A DNA stretch of 64,000 bases, taken from positions 32,001-96,000 of IMG/VR virus record IMGVR_UViG_3300043449_002191; one strand, 5' to 3'. The notes under the pieces are model-generated. The model did not search any database. It saw nothing but the letters and a program-made list of their open reading frames with translations, and had not been told where the DNA came from. Position numbers and translations under genes: made by a program. Of the stretch, positions 57,000 through 64,000 are shown piece after piece (the stretch's first letter is position 1; each line of letters begins with the position of its first letter). This DNA comes from a virus.

Positions 57000-57977
57000 C
57001 TAAAAGTTAAACTTAAAAACACTCTTCGGCATCAAGGTTGCCCCCTCAATAGCCGTTTTAATTTCATCTTCAGTACACTCACCAAAGTCAGCTTTTTTAC
57101 CGATTAATTCGCATCGGTCTTTGCAAGACTTCGGTACTCTTACTCTATAGCAATCCACAGGGATATCCCTATTAAGCTCTTCCATTTTTCTTTCAGCTTC
57201 GGCATCTTCATCAAGTGCCAAATAAACCTTATCAGGGTTTCCTTTTAAAATCAAGCTTAATTGTTTTTTAGATACGTTTAAACCCATAGTAGCTACATAT
57301 CCACCAATTTTATTGAATTTTAATGCGTCAAACGGACCTTCGCAGATAATTCTATGTTTATAAAGTGATGCAGTATCAACAAACATTACTAAAAGCTCAC
57401 GCCTAAACCCCTTGTTATTTCTCATTCTTTGAGATTTAGGGCAGTCAGGGGAAATATGACGCCCTTGGTATCCATAACACATACCGTTAACGTATATAGG
57501 TATGAGTACTCGCTGCATGAAAGGCGAATACCTGATCCCGTGTTTTTTAGCTAAATCCTTAGAAATACCACGACCTTCTAGATACTTAAGACCTTCCGCA
57601 GAAGACTCCGAATCTATATCAAATGAGCCAAATTCAGGCCATTCATATTGAGTCATTTCTGATTGCTCTTCTTCGCCATCAAAATTAAACTTAAACTCTG
57701 ACTCACTTTGATATTGAGGCTTAAAAAATTTACCTTTAAACAGCTTTTGCTTAGCTTCTTCTTCGGGTATTCCAAGTACGGCTGATACATATCCTACGAA
57801 AGATCTCTTGCCATATGAGCATTTAGCTCTATAGCAAATAGAATAACCATTATCTTTCAGTATAGAAAAATCGGATTCAACGCCACACATAGGGCATTTT
57901 GTATGAATAGTCCTATCTTTTTGCTTAAAAGATATACCATTTTCTGATAAAAAATTGATAATTCTATTATATAACAT
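57000..57977 (-). CDS. DNA primase
   Basis: CPMC...CYRAKC zinc domain, YLEGRGI, GYQGR, and TOPRIM ICEGPFDA plus LALDED. Confidence 0.9.
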   Translation of the reverse strand: MLYNRIINFLSENGISFKQKDRTIHTKCPMCGVESDFSILKDNGYSICYRAKCSYGKRSFVGYVSAVLGIPEEEAKQKLFKGKFFKPQYQSESEFKFNFDGEEEQSEMTQYEWPEFGSFDIDSESSAEGLKYLEGRGISKDLAKKHGIRYSPFMQRVLIPIYVNGMCYGYQGRHISPDCPKSQRMRNNKGFRRELLVMFVDTASLYKHRIICEGPFDALKFNKIGGYVATMGLNVSKKQLSLILKGNPDKVYLALDEDAEAERKMEELNRDIPVDCYRVRVPKSCKDRCELIGKKADFGECTEDEIKTAIEGATLMPKSVFKFNF

Positions 57978-58051
57978 AAACCTCTAGGGGGCAATGCCCC
58001 CTATCCTTACTATTTACAGGTTATCACTATATTTCTGTAAAAGCAAGGGGT

Positions 58052-59116
58052 TTATGATAATGCTTTTTCTTCAATCTTTTTGAGGAGTTCTTGCTGGAGA
58101 CCTTCGTCATCACGAATTGCCGTCAAACAAGCAACAAGACCACGGTAGCTGTTTTCGCCAATTTTGTAGGTTACGTTATTTGGTCGCTCAATGATACCCA
58201 TGTTTTTAGCCAATGTAAAGATCTCTTCATACTGATTGATGATACCTTTGTTGTAGTCCAGAGTAAACTCAGCAGTTCGGCCAGAGAACCCAACCGATGA
58301 CTCTTCAATCCTAAAACGAATTTTATGGCCAGTTTTTTGCGCTTTGTTCATAAAGTCTACTACAGATTCATCAGAAAACTCTTCGCCATCCAATGTAACT
58401 TTACCTTCTTTTGATTTATTAGGCTCAGTATAAGCAAAGAACTCAAACATATGTTTTGTAGCCCAAGAAGCAGCCATCTTAACCGTTTTACCACGCATCT
58501 GTTCTTTCATATCCATTTCTGCACGGATATGGGCAGTACAAACAAGCGCAATGTTATACTTACGGATAACTGGCAAGATCATCATTAACCCGTCTTTTAA
58601 TGTAAGGGCTTGGTCACCAATCTGTTGAGTAAGAATTGTGTCAGCGTTCTGAGTCCTGCGACCAACAATATTAGAAAGAGAGTCGATGATGACTAATTTA
58701 ATTGGAGCGCCTTCTTGACACATAGCTGCAATCTCGCCAGCAATACGGTCAAAAATATGCTCAGGCTGATTCACATCATAAGTCAAAAAGCGATCTTCAT
58801 CAATTCCCCATTTAGCCAGTGAAGAGCTGTTAGATTGGAACTTACTACGCATTTCCGTATCAAACTTAATAGCAATAGCTTCTGGGTCTGATTTATGTAA
58901 CCCTCCAATTAAGGCATTCATCATGATTGATTTACCTCCTTTTGGTGGACCATATAAAAGCATGGACATACCAAAAGGGAGTCCGTTTCCTGCTGTAGCA
59001 AAAGTCCAGTTTACGGATGGACTCGGAGTTTTGAGGCAATTTTTCATTGCATCATCACCTTTGCTAACATCCACAGCACCTTCTAAATTTCTAAGTTTTG
59101 TAAGCCATTTACTCAT
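58052..59116 (-). CDS. recA: RecA/UvsX-like recombinase
   Basis: LYGPPKGGKS, FDTE and VIIDSL motifs; C-terminal LDYNKGI...E.F.LA...GII. Confidence 0.85.
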   Translation of the reverse strand: MSKWLTKLRNLEGAVDVSKGDDAMKNCLKTPSPSVNWTFATAGNGLPFGMSMLLYGPPKGGKSIMMNALIGGLHKSDPEAIAIKFDTEMRSKFQSNSSSLAKWGIDEDRFLTYDVNQPEHIFDRIAGEIAAMCQEGAPIKLVIIDSLSNIVGRRTQNADTILTQQIGDQALTLKDGLMMILPVIRKYNIALVCTAHIRAEMDMKEQMRGKTVKMAASWATKHMFEFFAYTEPNKSKEGKVTLDGEEFSDESVVDFMNKAQKTGHKIRFRIEESSVGFSGRTAEFTLDYNKGIINQYEEIFTLAKNMGIIERPNNVTYKIGENSYRGLVACLTAIRDDEGLQQELLKKIEEKALS

Positions 59117-59118
59117 AA

Positions 59119-59697
59119 TTATCTCCCGTTAGTTTTACCCATAAAGTTTTGTTGATCAACTAAATATGTTTGGCCTTCAAATCCATTATGGGCTGGACTT
59201 GGAGCTACCATTTTTTGAGCGGCTACTGATCTAGCCGTATAATGAGCCCTAATAAATGTAGAAATCTTAGCTTCTATAAGAGTTTTTGCTGCCTGAAGCG
59301 CATTCATAGTATCTAACGATCTTTGGCAATCTTCATCTCTAGCTATTAAAGCTTGTCGGAAATCTTCATTAAATTTAATCCCCAATTCCTTAAACTTTTC
59401 TTTATTCTGTGAAAAGTATTCTGGAGCTTTTTCTAAAAGCACGGTCGCTTTATCTAGATCAAATTGCTTTTCAGCATGAAGAATCTCATACTCAATCCAA
59501 GCAAGATATTTAGACGCAAGGTTTGCAGCTTCATTAAAAAAGGCTTCCAATTCTAAGGCTGTACCCTGATTGGCAATCTTAACTTCAGGCAATCGTTTTT
59601 CGGCCTGATAAATAGTTGCCATATCAAGAGTGATCGGCGCAGAATTTGGCCGACCACTGGGAATAGTTAATATTTGTGTATTAACTTCGCTATTCAT
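59119..59697 (-). CDS. helical protein, possible UvsY-like recombination mediator
   Basis: Coiled-coil; located between the SSB and RecA genes. Confidence 0.45.
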   Translation of the reverse strand: MNSEVNTQILTIPSGRPNSAPITLDMATIYQAEKRLPEVKIANQGTALELEAFFNEAANLASKYLAWIEYEILHAEKQFDLDKATVLLEKAPEYFSQNKEKFKELGIKFNEDFRQALIARDEDCQRSLDTMNALQAAKTLIEAKISTFIRAHYTARSVAAQKMVAPSPAHNGFEGQTYLVDQQNFMGKTNGR

Positions 59698-59700
59698 AGA

Positions 59701-60753
59701 TTACTTCTTTGGTCTAGTGAATGCTAAGAAATCTTCATCAGACATAACTGCTGCAGGTTTAATAGCCTGAGCCGCTGCTCCTTGAGGTGCGCTTCCTGAC
59801 AAAGGATTGGCGTAAGCCTCTTGAACAGCTTGTCGCTGTTGGACCTGATGAGCCATCATAGGAGCTGCAACATCTACACCTTGAAGCTCTAGGCCATTGG
59901 CTGTCTCTTTAGGAGTAAGAGTAGCACTAGCCGATGTGCCAGGGATTCTGACATTTAAAGAAGATTCTTCTTTTTCAGGGGCAGCAAACAAGGTGTCCAT
60001 TAAACGGGCTCGCTCTTCACCTTCAAGATTTAAAAGCATAGCCATTTCTTCTGTAGAAATCCCTTTAAATAAAGTTCCTAGATCTGCGGCTTCCTTATCG
60101 AGTCGTTCAATGATGTCAGGAGTCAATGTGTGAGGAATGTAACGGAAAGACCCGTCTTGTTGCGGAACCATATGGACATTAGCTGTATGGATAGCATCTT
60201 TATCACCTTTAAACTTTTTGTTAATCTTAAAGTTTAAAAACACGCCATTTAATCCAGCCAAATTGATGCCTTTTTGCTGCCATTCTTTACCCTTTGATTC
60301 AAGGTCGTTAAACATTTTTTGACCAATGGCCAAAACACCTAATTGATTCTCTTGATTGATAACATTGATGTAATATTTCTTTTCAACTTGAAGAGGGAAG
60401 ATATACTGATAGCGGAATTTTTTCAATTGCTCATCAGAGGCTCCTCCTAAGCGAAGCTCTTCAAGGCGTGATTCTAATTCACGTACTCGGTCACAAAAAG
60501 GACAATGTTTTACAATAACTCCATCTTTATTCTTTTCTTCGACACACAGGAAGGGCTTTTGTTTACCATCAGTTCCACGGACACCTCTGTGTACTTTATA
60601 ATATTTAGCTACACGTCCAGAGTTTGCCATACTCTTAATAGGTGGAATAATACGATAAATATTATCTTTGGTGTCATCAACGTAAAACCATTTTACACCA
60701 CCGCTAAAGTTTTTGTTTCCAGAAAAGTCTGCGCTACCGATTTGAACTGACAT
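59701..60753 (-). CDS. single-stranded DNA-binding protein (gp32-like)
   Basis: YRIIPP, C...CPFC and KKYYINVI motifs; flexible tail ending SDEDFLAF. Confidence 0.75.
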   Translation of the reverse strand: MSVQIGSADFSGNKNFSGGVKWFYVDDTKDNIYRIIPPIKSMANSGRVAKYYKVHRGVRGTDGKQKPFLCVEEKNKDGVIVKHCPFCDRVRELESRLEELRLGGASDEQLKKFRYQYIFPLQVEKKYYINVINQENQLGVLAIGQKMFNDLESKGKEWQQKGINLAGLNGVFLNFKINKKFKGDKDAIHTANVHMVPQQDGSFRYIPHTLTPDIIERLDKEAADLGTLFKGISTEEMAMLLNLEGEERARLMDTLFAAPEKEESSLNVRIPGTSASATLTPKETANGLELQGVDVAAPMMAHQVQQRQAVQEAYANPLSGSAPQGAAAQAIKPAAVMSDEDFLAFTRPKK

Positions 60754-60766
60754 ATGTCCTCCTGTT

Positions 60767-61492
60767 TTAGCCTACAATTTGGCCTTTGTTTTTAGACTTA
60801 ATCATAGCTCTTACTTCTCCTAAGAGCTTTTTAATATTATTATCATTTAAATCAATTGAGCTTGGCACTTCTGTAGCCAAAATTTGGCGTGGAAGCATTT
60901 GCTCACTCAATCCATCAATAGCATTATACACCAAAACCACATTTTTCTTACCAGAAAATTTAGCCTTAAGTGCAGCTTCACCGATTTGTCGTTTTACAAT
61001 AGCCGATTCCAATTCATTTCCATAGTTTTTTCTAAGCATATTTTCAACGGCTTCTTCTACAGGAACATCATAAACCCTATCTGAAGGGCTTACTACTGGT
61101 GTAGGCAATTGGGAAATATTAAACTCAGTGCGGATTTGAGCAAATACGTTAAGAAGAACAAAGTGCGAGTTAGATGTATACAAAGGTCCAGATTGACTCT
61201 TAACCAATGTCGATACAAGCCTGCTTCTTAGATATGAGGCGTCTACAGATGGGACCCCATATGCTTCAGCTTTTTTACAGAAATCCTCTGCATTTTCTCC
61301 TGTAACAAGTACAATGTCTGTCAAATCTGATGCTAAGCTTTTGTACTGATCTTCTAGTACTTTTAATTCTGTTGCGGCATTGTTTTTCAATGCTTCTGCC
61401 TGGGCTCTAATCCTGTGATCAACATCTTCTACGTTAATTGAGGCTTCGGCTTTTTTATCTGCAATTTTTTCTAATAACTCTTTTAAATCCAT
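60767..61492 (-). CDS. hypothetical protein
   Basis: 241 aa, AGGAG RBS. Confidence 0.7.
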   Translation of the reverse strand: MDLKELLEKIADKKAEASINVEDVDHRIRAQAEALKNNAATELKVLEDQYKSLASDLTDIVLVTGENAEDFCKKAEAYGVPSVDASYLRSRLVSTLVKSQSGPLYTSNSHFVLLNVFAQIRTEFNISQLPTPVVSPSDRVYDVPVEEAVENMLRKNYGNELESAIVKRQIGEAALKAKFSGKKNVVLVYNAIDGLSEQMLPRQILATEVPSSIDLNDNNIKKLLGEVRAMIKSKNKGQIVG

Positions 61493-61523
61493 ATTGATCT
61501 CCTTAAATACTATTATAGCTCTT

Positions 61524-64000
61524 TTACGACATATTATACTTTTCTAAATCTTCCTGCTTAATATAAGTATCTAGCTTTCTTAATGAAATGCCTCTGTGTG
61601 AAATTTTGTAAGTAGCTAAGGCAATAAGACCTTTATACCCCATTGGAGCTAAAGATGTTCCATAAGCTGGCCACAAAACTTCTTCGGAAAAGGTTCCGTT
61701 ACAATCTAGTACTACTTTGGTTGCTTGTTTTGATTTATTTTGATAACTAAAAGCTTTTTCCTCAATAACATATGAGATAGTATTGATATCTACATCTTGT
61801 CCACCAGGAATTAAAGCTAAATCCCAGTTAATGCTAGCGTCTTTTGGAAGTAGTTTTTGAAGGAAAACTTTCATCTTAGTCATGTCGTTTTCTGCAGCCC
61901 ACTCTTTTAGTTTTTCTAAATGAAACCCATCAATAATAGGTCTTTTATCCTGAGACATCCAGATATATACACCATGACCTGCAGCAGATTCCACTTTTAA
62001 GCCACCACGTTTAGGTAAAACTATATCTCTCAAGTCGTCAGAGTGAATTGTAATAAGCTGCTTTTTAATCATGTACTTACCCAAAGAAGTCATGCCAATA
62101 TATTCTTCAGGGACTTTTTTAGGCTTTTCTTTACGAATTTCACCTTTAATCTTTTCAAACATCATGAGCTTTTCCTCTGTCGGCATTCCTTCAGGAAACA
62201 GGGAGTCTAGGACGCCAGCGGCAATAAGTTTTAAGCTTATGCCAGTATTTACTGCAGATCTACCTTCCTCAGAGTCTTTGGCTCTTTTAGAGTGATGAGT
62301 AGAGATGTACTGATGAATAGACGTATACGGCTTGCCTTTCATTAAAGCGTGGTAAGCTTTTTCACCAACCCCGTTAAGGATAGAGAATGGGGCAATGATC
62401 TTATCATTCTTAAGCTCATATGTATCTGTCGAGGAGTTAATGTCTGGGAGCAATGTAAACTCGGAGACGTGCCTCCAGAACTTTGATGCAAGCTCATCTT
62501 TTGATGAGTTAGATAAGATTGCTTTCCACCAGTCAAGAGGATAGCGAGTTTTAAGATACATACAGGCATAGGCTACATATGCGTATGATACAGCGTGGGA
62601 TTTATTAAACGCATAGTTTGCAGAAGCCATGATCTGCTTGATTAGCAGGTTAACCTGATCTTCAGTCCAGCCTTTTTTTAAGGCAGCTTCTTTAAGTTTA
62701 TTTGAAGCATCGTTTAGGACCTTCATATTCTTTTTGCCGATACCACGACGAACTTCATCGGCTTCCGCATCATCCATTTCAGCTATTTTTTTGAAGATTT
62801 CAATCGTCTGCTCTTGATATAACTGTACCCCATTAGTTTCGCCTAAAATAGGCTCTAAGTCGTTATTTACGTAAACAGTAGCTTCGCCCTTACTTCGTGC
62901 CACAAACACTTCTGATAGAGTTCTAGAGCTTGTTTCATTTTCAGGAGCATCTAATGTACCAGGACGGCAAAGTGCGGTTATAGCGGCAATCTGGTCTATA
63001 GTCTTGGGTTTAGTAGCTATCAAGTAAGGTCTAACTGTGGGAGTATCGAACTGGAATACAGATTCTGTATATCCAAGTCCAAAGTTTTCCCAGCATTCTG
63101 AGTCATCGGGAAGATTCCATGGGTCCAAGATTACCCCTGTACGCTCTTTAATTGACCTTAAGGCGGCCTGAATATCCTTGAGGGTATTTACACCCAGTAA
63201 GTCGAATTTAACGCCCCCAGCGGCTTCTGCCCACTTAGGAGAGAAGGCGGTAACCCATTCATTTTTAGCTTGAATGATAGGCATATAGTCCGTAACAGGA
63301 TTATCGGTAATTAAATAGCCACAAGCATGACTTCCCTTGTTTCTCTGTACGCCCATCATTTCGGTAACTACCGCCCATACCTCTGGGTTAGCATCTGCAT
63401 ATTTTTGTAATTTTTCGTTACTTTCAAGTAAACCCTGATTGTGAACACCACTTTCGTCTGTGTACCCAAAAACAAAGTCATAATCCTCGACCCCTTGTGG
63501 AGTCTGAGGCAAGGCTTTAGTAAGATCTTCGGTTTCTTTTCGGACTGAGCCAAGAATAGTTCTTTCCGCATCTTTAATTGAAGACTTTAACTTTAGTAAT
63601 ACGTTTGTCGATAATCTACAAACTGAATCGCCATACTTGTCATTTAAATACTGAATAACCTTACCTTGATCAGAAACGTCCATATCAACGTCAGGCAAAG
63701 TATTTGCTTTAATGCGGCCTTCAGTCAAGAATCGACCGAATGATAATCCATGTTTTAAGGGATTAATACCAGACACGCCGATTAAATAAAGCAGTAAGCT
63801 GCCTCCAGCGGAACCACGGACATTGAGAAGAACGTCATTCTCTTTGCAGAAGTTAGCAATATCTTCAATAGTTTCAAAATACGCTAATAAATTGATTTTA
63901 GAATTATAAGCAAGAACCTCTATCTCCATTTTAAGTCTATCCATCATTTCTTGGTTTGACCAATCCATACGGCCATACTTATCAATAGTAGACTTAAGTC
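61524..64000 (-). CDS. dnaE: DNA polymerase III alpha subunit, partial (N-terminal PHP region outside the window)
   Basis: RGSAGGSL, F.RFL, PDVDMD, HACG, VKFDLLG, VFQF, RPG, YQEQ and FNKSHAVSY motifs. Confidence 0.95.
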   Translation of the reverse strand, partial: LKSTIDKYGRMDWSNQEMMDRLKMEIEVLAYNSKINLLAYFETIEDIANFCKENDVLLNVRGSAGGSLLLYLIGVSGINPLKHGLSFGRFLTEGRIKANTLPDVDMDVSDQGKVIQYLNDKYGDSVCRLSTNVLLKLKSSIKDAERTILGSVRKETEDLTKALPQTPQGVEDYDFVFGYTDESGVHNQGLLESNEKLQKYADANPEVWAVVTEMMGVQRNKGSHACGYLITDNPVTDYMPIIQAKNEWVTAFSPKWAEAAGGVKFDLLGVNTLKDIQAALRSIKERTGVILDPWNLPDDSECWENFGLGYTESVFQFDTPTVRPYLIATKPKTIDQIAAITALCRPGTLDAPENETSSRTLSEVFVARSKGEATVYVNNDLEPILGETNGVQLYQEQTIEIFKKIAEMDDAEADEVRRGIGKKNMKVLNDASNKLKEAALKKGWTEDQVNLLIKQIMASANYAFNKSHAVSYAYVAYACMYLKTRYPLDWWKAILSNSSKDELASKFWRHVSEFTLLPDINSSTDTYELKNDKIIAPFSILNGVGEKAYHALMKGKPYTSIHQYISTHHSKRAKDSEEGRSAVNTGISLKLIAAGVLDSLFPEGMPTEEKLMMFEKIKGEIRKEKPKKVPEEYIGMTSLGKYMIKKQLITIHSDDLRDIVLPKRGGLKVESAAGHGVYIWMSQDKRPIIDGFHLEKLKEWAAENDMTKMKVFLQKLLPKDASINWDLALIPGGQDVDINTISYVIEEKAFSYQNKSKQATKVVLDCNGTFSEEVLWPAYGTSLAPMGYKGLIALATYKISHRGISLRKLDTYIKQEDLEKYNMS

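Noticed and set aside
966-63571. Numerous short antisense ORFs within long genes
   Set aside because: Fully nested in well-supported CDSs, with no RBS or motif support.
54445-64000. Inteins or introns in DnaE, RecA or the helicase; stop-codon recoding
   Set aside because: Conserved motifs are contiguous at normal spacing, no splice-junction motifs were seen, genes are intact in code 11 and all three stop codons are used.

Overview
This AT-rich window is part of a large contractile-tailed (myovirus/jumbo-like) dsDNA phage genome read in the standard genetic code. The + strand carries virion genes: tail chaperones, tape measure, baseplate hub/spike/wedge proteins including a 2190-aa baseplate-J-like protein, a tail-tube-like gene, fibre/receptor-binding proteins, a subtilase and an M15 endolysin. 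Many of these follow one motif, CCTAATCTTWT, a probable late promoter seen 9 times. The - strand carries a replication block (DnaE, gp32-like SSB, UvsY-like, RecA, primase, DnaB-like helicase, 5'-3' exonuclease), nucleotide/metabolic genes (DHFR, dNMP kinase, Met aminopeptidase, class II aldolase, histidine phosphatase) and about 14 kb of small accessory ORFs. Three elements are unexplained. (1) A three-copy family of ~190-240 nt tRNA-shaped non-coding RNAs (17398-17637, 17654-17856, 40044-40234) with covarying terminal stems, conserved core motifs and two variable inserts. (2) A GGA-hairpin small RNA resembling a CsrA/RsmA sponge directly upstream of the first two copies. (3) An array at 30-34.4 kb in which paralogous MKRSE...GMLPP...WEPEDE mini-genes alternate with unrelated cargo genes, joined by exact 15- and 17-bp repeats, with evidence of recombinational shuffling. 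All product calls come from motif recognition and synteny only; no database search was run.
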